DNA of 64,000 nt from Planctomycetales bacterium (GTDB lineage Bacteria > 4484-113), in contig JBBIRS010000003.1 in assembly GCA_037441675.1 (NCBI GenBank), positions 32,001-96,000 of the forward strand, in the 5' to 3' direction. The notes below the pieces were generated by a model that did not search any database, had not been told where the DNA came from, and saw only the letters and a program-made list of their open reading frames with translations. Below, piece after piece: positions 9,504-17,200 of this stretch. Numbering within the stretch: position 1 is the stretch's first letter; the number at the start of each line of letters is the position of its first letter. The translations under genes and the position numbers were made by a program.

Positions 9504-10721
9504 ATGGGTGCGCTTTATCGCGGATGGCTCTTTTATGTCATCTTGGGATTTTCTCTAGCCATCTTTTACCTACTTATCTTTAGCTCATTGCTAGCTTCAT
9601 CCATAGCCTTTGGCGAGGAAGCGATACCGATAAAGGGTAGAGGCGAATCAGGAAAAAATAAGGATTGGGCAGGGGATACTCAAGATAAAAGCGAAGGCTT
9701 AATCCAATCGGAAGTTAAGAAGCTCTCAAGCGCTCCCTTTAATGGAGGCGTCATCACTGATATCACATCAAGTGGAGATGGCTCGGTTTTTCTAATTGCG
9801 CATATGCCTGAAGGGTATTCCATTTACAAGTTCAACTCTGATGAAAATTCCTACACTAAATTTATTTCCTCGGGCTACTTAGAGAAAGTTCTGCCAAGCG
9901 GGATTAATCCAAATGAAGTATTCATCAAGGCGAACAGAGAGGGTAATTTATTGGCATTACTTGCGCTGAATCCTCCAATCCTCCTCCTGCTGGATTTTTC
10001 GGAGTGGCCAAAGTTAAAGCGATTTCAGGTTAAACTTCCGCCCGCTTTTGTGCCAGGGAAAGTTGTTTTCCTTGGTGCTGCGAAGATTGTTGTAAGCTCT
10101 CGCGGATTCTCCGCGAAAGTTATAAACTACCCACTTCTTCTTATAGATATAGCAAAAGCTCAGGTTAAACCGATAAAGCTCAATGCGCCCTTTGCGGTTA
10201 TCAGGGATTTTATAGCGGTGGGAGATGATAAACTTATTGTCGTTGGCTATTTCAAGCCATTTAGCGCCATTTCCTCACTGGAGATTGGCGAGTTTTCTAT
10301 AGAAAGTGGAGATTTAGAGCTATGGAGAGAGTTCAACCCACAGCGAGTTGCTTCCAAAAATGGCAGGATCGCGCTTATTAGTCAGCTTGAGGGGATTGAT
10401 TCAACACCAGAAGGAGATTCAGCTGTGTCAGTGTATGAGCTTCTGCTCCTTACCAAGGATGGCAATAGGTATCCAGGTAGCCTTAAAGTTTCGATTTATG
10501 GGAAGCCAGGATGGTTGGGTTTATGCGATGCGCCTTTCAAAGTCCTTTTGATAAGCGAAGATTCTGAGAGAAATTTAAGCCTCTGGATAATAGATACTTC
10601 CCTCCGTGAGAAAATTTTGGTGGCGAGAGATGTCAATAAGGTTGAGGTGATAAGCGAGGAGAAAATAGTTGTCCTGCCTAGAGGAGAGAATCAACTTGAC
10701 ATCTATTGGATATCACCGTAA
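9504..10721 (+). CDS. hypothetical secreted beta-propeller-like protein (paralog B)
   Basis: ORF track 9396-10721; ATG 9504 places the hydrophobic signal/anchor at the N-terminus; beta-strand-rich; aligns to 7322-8770. Confidence 0.7.
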   Translation: MGALYRGWLFYVILGFSLAIFYLLIFSSLLASSIAFGEEAIPIKGRGESGKNKDWAGDTQDKSEGLIQSEVKKLSSAPFNGGVITDITSSGDGSVFLIAHMPEGYSIYKFNSDENSYTKFISSGYLEKVLPSGINPNEVFIKANREGNLLALLALNPPILLLLDFSEWPKLKRFQVKLPPAFVPGKVVFLGAAKIVVSSRGFSAKVINYPLLLIDIAKAQVKPIKLNAPFAVIRDFIAVGDDKLIVVGYFKPFSAISSLEIGEFSIESGDLELWREFNPQRVASKNGRIALISQLEGIDSTPEGDSAVSVYELLLLTKDGNRYPGSLKVSIYGKPGWLGLCDAPFKVLLISEDSERNLSLWIIDTSLREKILVARDVNKVEVISEEKIVVLPRGENQLDIYWISP

Positions 10722-11200
10722 AAGTAGGTTGGATCGTAGTTGAGAGGTTTTTCTTTGGAGAGAATTTGAGCTTCAAGCACTTTTCCAAGAAGGCAGGAGT
10801 GATCTCCAGCTGGGAAAGTAGCCTGGAGCTTACAATCAATGAAGCCAATGATGCCTTCCTCTAAAACTGGAGCGCCACTTTGGACAGTGCGCCACTTTAG
10901 CCCTTGAAATTTATCACTCTCGCGCCCACTGACTGAACCCATTTTTTTCGCAAGCTCTAGGCCATCCTTTCCGACGACGTTCAAGCAGAAAGCGCCGCTA
11001 TTTATGAGTAGCTCGTAGGTAAATCGCTTTGGGTGAACAAAAACCGCAATCATAGGTGGACGGAATGACGCCCTTGCAACCCAAACTACTGTGCATCCGT
11101 TGGCACGCTTTCCGTATGAGCTTGTGAGAATATAAACCTGCTGGCTTAGCCTTTCCAGGGCTTCTAAAATGCTGTTATCCCTCTCTTTTTTTCGTGGCAA
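10703..11200 (-). CDS. flavin reductase family protein
   Basis: ANGCTV.W...ASFRPP, FCLNV, SGRESDKF, GAPVL, AGDH..LLG.V motifs; SD AGGAG/AAGGA before TTG. Confidence 0.9.
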   Translation of the reverse strand: MPRKKERDNSILEALERLSQQVYILTSSYGKRANGCTVVWVARASFRPPMIAVFVHPKRFTYELLINSGAFCLNVVGKDGLELAKKMGSVSGRESDKFQGLKWRTVQSGAPVLEEGIIGFIDCKLQATFPAGDHSCLLGKVLEAQILSKEKPLNYDPTYFYGDIQ

Positions 11201-11243
11201 ATCCTTCTCCTTCGGGGCTAATCTCCTTGGTGTGGATTTTTAA

Positions 11244-11272
11244 ATTCTACAAAGAGTATTTGAGAATGTCAA
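11244..11272 (-). promoter_or_regulatory. sigma70-type promoter of flavin reductase gene
   Basis: Minus strand TTGACA, 17 nt spacer, TAGAAT. Confidence 0.7.
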
Positions 11273-11293
11273 TCCTCTAACTTGATGATAAGA

Positions 11294-11308
11294 TGAGAAT
11301 AAATCTCA
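11294..11308. promoter_or_regulatory. Fur-like 7-1-7 palindrome between flavin reductase and thiC
   Basis: TGAGAAT-A-AATCTCA, one mismatch from a perfect palindrome; related to TGAGATG-A-TTTCTCA at feoA. Confidence 0.45.
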
Positions 11309-11370
11309 GCATATTTCGCTTTAGAGTAATTATTGTGCCATGATGATATAATCCTAAGAGGAGATATTCA

Positions 11371-12753
11371 ATGGGCATAACTCACACAGTTTCTTTGCCA
11401 ACAACGCGTGGCGTTTCAGAAAAATTTGAAATATTTCACAGCTTCACCATTGAGGAACTAGAGAAGTGCGCTCAAGAAGAAAGAGTGAGCGTGGATTTTC
11501 TGCTTGACGGGCTTAATCGTGGGACCATAATTATTCCACGCAACAAGAATCATAGGAGCGTCCGCCCGACCGCTATAGGATACGGGGTTAGAACGAAGGT
11601 CAACGCTAACATTGGAACTTCCGCGTTTTTGAAGGATGTGAAGGAGGAGCTTCACAAGCTTGACGTTGCGGTCAGGGCAGGAGCGGATACCGCAATGGAC
11701 TTATCCACCGGCGGAGACCTTAAGGCAATCAGGCAGGAGATCCTTGATGCTAGCCCAATCCCGATAGGCACAGTTCCAGTTTACGAAGTAGGCAGAAGGA
11801 TGATTGGCAAGCCGGGTGGCTTTATAAAAGCGCCTGTTTCCCTTTTCTTTGAGGTTGTGGAGGAGCAGGCTGAACAGGGTGTTGACTATTTCACCATTCA
11901 TGCGGGAGTGACTCAGGACAATCTTAAAGTTGTTGAGAGCGTTTCTAGAATTACGGGAATTGTCTCAAGGGGTGGCGGTATGATGGGCGCTTGGATGAGG
12001 GCAAATAGGCGCGAGAATCCTTTCTACGAGTTCTTTGATGAACTTACCGATATCTTAGCGAAGTGTTGCGTTACCTACTCCCTGGGCGATGGACTAAGAC
12101 CGGGCAGTATTCATGATGCGAGCGATGCTGTCCAGTTTTCGGAGCTTTTTGTACTGGGCGATTTGACTAAACGGGCATGGCAGAAAGGTGTGCAGGTAAT
12201 GATAGAAGGTCCAGGACACATTCCACTGAACCAGATTGAGATGAACGTGAAGATTCAGAAGAAAGTTTGCCATAACGCGCCGTTTTACGTGCTAGGACCA
12301 CTGGTTACTGATATCGCGCCGGGTTACGATCACATAACAGGAGCAATGGGGGGGCTTATCGCTGGAGCAGCTGGGGCAGATCTTTTATGTTACGTGACAC
12401 CTGCGGAACATCTTGCCCTACCGGATGCGAGAGATGTTCATGAGGGTGTTATCGCTTTCAAGATTGCTGCTCACGCGGCAGATATCGCTAAGGGCATACC
12501 TGGCGCAATGGAATGGGACAACGAACTTTCCCGCGCTAGAAAAGAGTTTCGCTGGGAAGACCAAATTAGGCTTGCGCTTGACCCAGTGCGCGCTCGGCAG
12601 TATCGTGAGAGGGATAAGGTCGCGCTAACCTATGAGGGTTGCACTATGTGCGGGGAGTTCTGCCCAATGCGCGAGGATGAAAAATCTCGGAAGAGATTGC
12701 TTGAGGAGCCTCTGCCAGAAGAGTTGGAAGCGGAGGAAGCTTATTACCTTTAG
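11371..12753 (+). CDS. thiC: phosphomethylpyrimidine synthase ThiC family (BzaF/BzaAB paralog not excluded)
   Basis: TKVNANIGTS, MDLSTGG, GTVPVYE, IVSRGG, SLGDGLRPG, MIEGPGH, APGYDHI, CYVTPAEHL, CTMCGEFC; TGaTATAAT promoter and GAGGAG SD. Confidence 0.88.
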   Translation: MGITHTVSLPTTRGVSEKFEIFHSFTIEELEKCAQEERVSVDFLLDGLNRGTIIIPRNKNHRSVRPTAIGYGVRTKVNANIGTSAFLKDVKEELHKLDVAVRAGADTAMDLSTGGDLKAIRQEILDASPIPIGTVPVYEVGRRMIGKPGGFIKAPVSLFFEVVEEQAEQGVDYFTIHAGVTQDNLKVVESVSRITGIVSRGGGMMGAWMRANRRENPFYEFFDELTDILAKCCVTYSLGDGLRPGSIHDASDAVQFSELFVLGDLTKRAWQKGVQVMIEGPGHIPLNQIEMNVKIQKKVCHNAPFYVLGPLVTDIAPGYDHITGAMGGLIAGAAGADLLCYVTPAEHLALPDARDVHEGVIAFKIAAHAADIAKGIPGAMEWDNELSRARKEFRWEDQIRLALDPVRARQYRERDKVALTYEGCTMCGEFCPMREDEKSRKRLLEEPLPEELEAEEAYYL

Positions 12754-12797
12754 GGGATTTGATAATTCGCCTACTTTGAATTAAGCTTTGTAAGACA

Positions 12798-13997
12798 GTG
12801 GAGTGTGAGAGAGGATTTGACGTTCTAATAATAGGAGCGGGACCTGCGGGGGCTTCTGCTCTAGCTAACCTTTTGCCAGGCATTTCAGTCGCAATCGTTG
12901 ACTTGGACGACAAGTTAAATCCCAAAGGCAAAGCAAAGCTATGCGGGGGGCTTCTCACCAAATTGGCTCAGTCTTTAATAGATGAAATTCCTCAGGATGT
13001 ACGAACAGAGCCTTTTAAGACTAAAATTGAATATCACGATATCAACCTGAACCGCTTCTTAAGCTTCCCTGTTCCCTACGCGAACTGCGACAGGGGGTTG
13101 TTTGACAGCTGGTTACTTAAAGGGGCTCTTAGAAAGAAGGATGGGGATGTGCTTTATCTTTCTAACACGAAGCTGATTGGGCTTGATTTTCTGTCAGAGG
13201 GTTTTCGCCTGGCGCTTCAATCTGTTCAGGATGGAAAACCCTTGAATATTACCGCGAGGTACTTGATTGACGCAAGCGGTTGGAGGCAGGTCTTGAGAAG
13301 GCTTCTGGGAAAACCACTTGCTCCGACATATAACGCGATACAAATTACCTACGCCTTGAAGTCTATGCCTTATCAGAATTACATCGCCATCTTTGATACG
13401 GTAAGCACGCCCTTTTTCGCATGGTGGATACCAAAGACTTTCACAAAAGAAGAGAGGGAAGATGCATCATTTTCCAAGTTTCACCTGGCGGAGATTGGCT
13501 CAGCATTTCCGAAAAGCATCAAGGGAAAGGCGGATGATTTGCTTAGAACTTTCGTTCTTCACTTAAGGAAGAGAGGAATTGAAATTGGAGAAAAGATTGA
13601 GGTTCGCGGATGCCCGCTGACTCGCATAAGAAGCATAACTGACATTTGGCTAGGTGAGGGAAATATTCTTGCGGTTGGAGAGGCGGGCGGGCTAGTATCG
13701 CCTAGCAGTGGCGATGGCATAAGTTATGCCCTTGCTTCGGGAAGAGCGGTTGGTATTGCCATAAGCGCTAAGTTAAATGGAGGAAAACAGAACACCCATT
13801 GCGCTTATAACAGGGGTAGCCTATCAGTAAGTTCGCCGATACTATCTTCTTATAGGAGGATGCTTCTTCCTCAAATTTTTGAGCTACGGCTGAACATATT
13901 GAAAGCAAGGCTTTTCGCAAAGCCATCAACACGAGCTATGCTTAGCACTTTCTACAAGACTTTTTTCTTTCATAAAGTTAGGAGCATTAAAGCTTGA
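12798..13997 (+). CDS. FAD-dependent oxidoreductase, geranylgeranyl reductase/CbrA-like
   Basis: IIGAGPAG, KLCGGLL, DRGLFD.WL, LIDASG, VGEAGGLVSPSSGDGISYAL.SG. Confidence 0.85.
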   Translation: MECERGFDVLIIGAGPAGASALANLLPGISVAIVDLDDKLNPKGKAKLCGGLLTKLAQSLIDEIPQDVRTEPFKTKIEYHDINLNRFLSFPVPYANCDRGLFDSWLLKGALRKKDGDVLYLSNTKLIGLDFLSEGFRLALQSVQDGKPLNITARYLIDASGWRQVLRRLLGKPLAPTYNAIQITYALKSMPYQNYIAIFDTVSTPFFAWWIPKTFTKEEREDASFSKFHLAEIGSAFPKSIKGKADDLLRTFVLHLRKRGIEIGEKIEVRGCPLTRIRSITDIWLGEGNILAVGEAGGLVSPSSGDGISYALASGRAVGIAISAKLNGGKQNTHCAYNRGSLSVSSPILSSYRRMLLPQIFELRLNILKARLFAKPSTRAMLSTFYKTFFFHKVRSIKA

Positions 13998-14037
13998 ATA
14001 CTTCGCTCTAGTAACTTATAATGGTATTGGAAACGGG

Positions 14038-14448
14038 ATGGCAGGTTTTGCAAAATTCCTCTCCACACTATTATTCCTATTCACTGGGCATATAACCAGC
14101 ATGGCTGACTTCAAATACGCAATAACAACTGGACTTGATCCCAAAGTACCAGCTCAGGATCGCTTCACCCTTGCGCTTAAAGAGGAGAAGGGAGAACTTA
14201 TCAGCGAAGATAGACCCGAGCTTGTAGTTCCACTTTACAAGGTGATTTTACGGGATAAGTTCGGCTTGAGAATGGATGACGTCTTTTACTTCAGCAAGGA
14301 CAAAAAAAGAATAGACACATGCTTGAAAAAAATATCCGAGGAACTGCAAACGAGAACTGTTGCGCAGTTTACGGAGATGTGGATATCCAATCGGAACTTG
14401 GACTTCCTCACAGGCGTTGAGGAACGAATGGAATTTTCGGAGGGCTAG
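14038..14448 (+). CDS. hypothetical protein
   Basis: ORF ending 4 nt before hisC; alternative start ATG 14101 (MADFKY...); TATAAT upstream; no family recognised. Confidence 0.65.
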   Translation: MAGFAKFLSTLLFLFTGHITSMADFKYAITTGLDPKVPAQDRFTLALKEEKGELISEDRPELVVPLYKVILRDKFGLRMDDVFYFSKDKKRIDTCLKKISEELQTRTVAQFTEMWISNRNLDFLTGVEERMEFSEG

Positions 14449-14452
14449 TTAA

Positions 14453-15556
14453 ATGGATTTAACCCGCCTAATGAAGAAGCACCTTCTTCAGGTGCAACCA
14501 TACGTTGCCGGTAGACCAATCAGAGAGGAGAAAAACGTCCTCAAGCTAGCTAGCAATGAGAATCTACTTGGCGTGCCTGAAAGCGTAAAAAGAAAAATTC
14601 AGGAAATTGCCAGTAACCTTAACCTTTACCCTGATGATGGCTCTTACTTTTTAAAGAAGAAGCTGGCGGAGTATTACAAAATTGATGAGGATTACATTTT
14701 TCCCACATCTGGCGCGGTGGAAGCTATTTACTATGTAGCGCAGGTCTTTCTTGATGAGGGCGATGAGACGATTATGAGCAAGCCAGGATTTCCCATTTTC
14801 AATATCGTTGGAAAAATTCAGAACGCAGTGTGCATTTTTGTTGATGTGGATAGGAACTTTGTCGCTGATGTTGACGAGATGGTGAAGCGGGTGAACGATA
14901 AGACGAAGGTTGTTTGGCTTGACAACCCGAACAACCCTTGCGGAACTATCGTGGAGAGGGATGGCGTGCTTAAGCTTTTAGACGCAATTAACGGAAGATG
15001 CATCCTCGTTTACGATGAAGCGTATGTGGACTTCGTGGAGCCTGACGCGGATTACATTAACGGCTTGGAGCTAATAAAGGAGCATGAAAACGTAATTGTT
15101 ATGCGAACCTACTCAAAAATCTTCGGGATGGCGGGAATACGGTCTGGAACTATAATTGCCCATCCGGATATTGTCTCCATCCTAAGCAAGGTGAGAATTC
15201 CCTTTAACGTAAATAGCGTTGCACAAGCCTGCCTCATGGCGGCAATGGAAGAGGATGAGTTTTATAGGAGGAGCGTTGAGACAAACGCCAAGATGCGCAG
15301 TTTAGTTAGCGCACTTTTGAATGAGTACGGCTTTTACTATGTGCCAAGCCATACAAATTTCGTGCTAGTTGATACTGGCGTTGATTGCGTCCTCTTGGCG
15401 GAGGAGATGGGGAAGGATGGAGTGTTTGTTAGACCGATGAAAGGCGTCGGATTACCAAAATTTATTCGGGTTAGCTTTCCCGCGAAGGAAGAAGATTGCC
15501 TTCGCTTTATTGAAAGCTTGAATAGAAGCGTCCAAAAGTTGAGGGCGCAAAGTTAA
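14453..15556 (+). CDS. hisC: histidinol-phosphate aminotransferase
   Basis: PYVAG, KLASNEN, NLYPD, DNPNNPCG, DEAY, RTYSKIFGMAGIRSG, PFNVNS, SHTNFV. Confidence 0.92.
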   Translation: MDLTRLMKKHLLQVQPYVAGRPIREEKNVLKLASNENLLGVPESVKRKIQEIASNLNLYPDDGSYFLKKKLAEYYKIDEDYIFPTSGAVEAIYYVAQVFLDEGDETIMSKPGFPIFNIVGKIQNAVCIFVDVDRNFVADVDEMVKRVNDKTKVVWLDNPNNPCGTIVERDGVLKLLDAINGRCILVYDEAYVDFVEPDADYINGLELIKEHENVIVMRTYSKIFGMAGIRSGTIIAHPDIVSILSKVRIPFNVNSVAQACLMAAMEEDEFYRRSVETNAKMRSLVSALLNEYGFYYVPSHTNFVLVDTGVDCVLLAEEMGKDGVFVRPMKGVGLPKFIRVSFPAKEEDCLRFIESLNRSVQKLRAQS

Positions 15557-15775
15557 AAGCTTCCCATTTCCGAAAAATTTTCTCATATCTTTATCTTAGC
15601 CATTTGCGAACTTTCATCGTCATAGAAAGTTCCACTAAAATTTTTTGATGATTAACTCAAGCATCCTTACTCTGCCTTGCGCTGGGCTGTTTTGGAGATA
15701 AAGCTAGTGTTTCAAGGGGGGCAGGAAACATATGCATCAACGGTGAGACTTCTGCGACATGGCTGGCTAATATTC

Positions 15776-16624
15776 CTAATCGGGAGGGAAGAGAGTCTGC
15801 GCTAAGCGGATGAACTCCTCTTTGGTGAGAGTATCACCACGTCTATCGGGAAGAATATCAGCGTGGGCTAAAACACGCAGGAGTTCAGTTCTCTTGATAT
15901 GAGGGAAGGTTGCGAGAAGCGCATTCACTATCGTTTTTCTCCTATGCTTAAAAGTTCCCTCAACCACTCGGAAGTATCGCTCCCAATCGGAAATCTTTGG
16001 CTGATGAGAAAGCTTCACAATTTTCACCAGGCAGGAATCCACCTGCGGAACAGGATAGAAGGCGGTTCGAGGAACAAAGAGTAGCTCGCTGGTGGAAACG
16101 AAACTTTGCGCGTAAACGGAAAGTGAACCGTAGGCTTTGCTGCCGGGATGGGCGGTGAGCCTTTTGGCAACTTCCCGTTGAAGCATTACCACCGCTCCAT
16201 CAAGCCACGCGGAATTTGCAATTACCCAAATGAGAAACTCGCTGGTTAGCTGGTAGGGCAGATTGCTGATTATGGAAAAATGTCCACCTTTCAGCTCTTC
16301 TCGCAATGAGTCAAGTTCGTAACGATGAATATACCTTTCGCGTATCTCTAGATTCTTGAAGTATGGCTGAAGTTCGGTTATGAGGAACTTCGCCATCTTT
16401 GCATCGGGCTCGTAAGCTATGACCCTTTCACTGCGCTTGGCGAGAGCTTCCGTTAGCGTTCCTAGCCCTGCGCCAATTTCAATAACAACCCCGTTTAAGA
16501 ACTTTTCTGAATGCTTTAGAATTGAACCTAAAACGGTGTCATCAACGAGAAAGTGCTGGGATAAGGATTTGTTAGGCCTTATTCCAGCAATTCTCCTTCT
16601 CCTTTGAACTTCTTCAAAAAGCAC
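15776..16624 (-). CDS. rsmA: 16S rRNA m6,2A dimethyltransferase RsmA/KsgA
   Basis: KSLSQHFL, EIGAGLG, SNLPYQ, MLQREVA.RL, YGSLSV, FYPVPQVDS, F.HRRKT. Confidence 0.96.
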   Translation of the reverse strand: MLFEEVQRRRRIAGIRPNKSLSQHFLVDDTVLGSILKHSEKFLNGVVIEIGAGLGTLTEALAKRSERVIAYEPDAKMAKFLITELQPYFKNLEIRERYIHRYELDSLREELKGGHFSIISNLPYQLTSEFLIWVIANSAWLDGAVVMLQREVAKRLTAHPGSKAYGSLSVYAQSFVSTSELLFVPRTAFYPVPQVDSCLVKIVKLSHQPKISDWERYFRVVEGTFKHRRKTIVNALLATFPHIKRTELLRVLAHADILPDRRGDTLTKEEFIRLAQTLFPPD

Positions 16625-16755
16625 AAGCGGAAGTTTAGCACAACTTGTTCTGAAGATTCATATTAGAGCTTGAGAGAGCTCGATGGAGGAGAGATTGATC
16701 AGCGGTTCTCTTTATCTTTTGACACTGATCCAAGGGGAAAGGGGAGAGAAATATT

Positions 16756-16826
16756 TGAGAATATTTTCACTAAATTTCTTGACATTTACTAGAATATGAT
16801 GTATTATTATTTGAGATGATTTCTCA
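16756..16826 (+). promoter_or_regulatory. feoAB promoter with overlapping Fur-like boxes
   Basis: TTGACA (16779-16784), 17 nt, TATTAT (16802-16807); TGAGATG-A-TTTCTCA (16812-16826) over the start site; TGAGAATATTTTCA (16756-16769) upstream. Confidence 0.7.
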
Positions 16827-17142
16827 GGGTAGAGTTGGGAGATTTCGCAGAAAGAGGCAGAAGGGACGCCAAGTGGACGAGATTAGCTCGCAAAATGAAC
16901 GGCTGGATGAGTCTGAGCTTATCTTTCCACTTAGCCATGCCTCAGTTGGACGCACCTACATTGTGGTTTCCTACGATGGCGATGACGCCTTTGCTGAAAG
17001 ACTTGCGGAGCTTGGGTTCGTTCGTGGGGCTCGCGTTAAGCCCTGCCAAAAAGTCTTTGGTGGAATGAAAGTGGTAATTAATGGCGCAACCTTTGGGTTA
17101 TCTAGAAGTGTCCTAAATCACATAATTGTTACTAGAGATTAG
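16816..17142 (+). CDS. feoA: ferrous iron transport protein A
   Basis: PLS....G, RLAELGFVRG..V, V.INGATFGLSR FeoA SH3-like signature; directly upstream of feoB; start may be a downstream GTG. Confidence 0.88.
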   Translation: MISQGRVGRFRRKRQKGRQVDEISSQNERLDESELIFPLSHASVGRTYIVVSYDGDDAFAERLAELGFVRGARVKPCQKVFGGMKVVINGATFGLSRSVLNHIIVTRD

Positions 17143-17200
17143 TTATTTTTTTTTAGGAACTCATTGAGATTGAATTGCAAATTTATTGTCGGAAGTTTTC

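Noticed and set aside
15608..15632. Terminator between convergent hisC and rsmA (GAACTTTC/GAAAGTTC)
   Set aside because: AT-rich 8-bp stem with a 9-nt loop and no adjacent U-tract; too weak to call.
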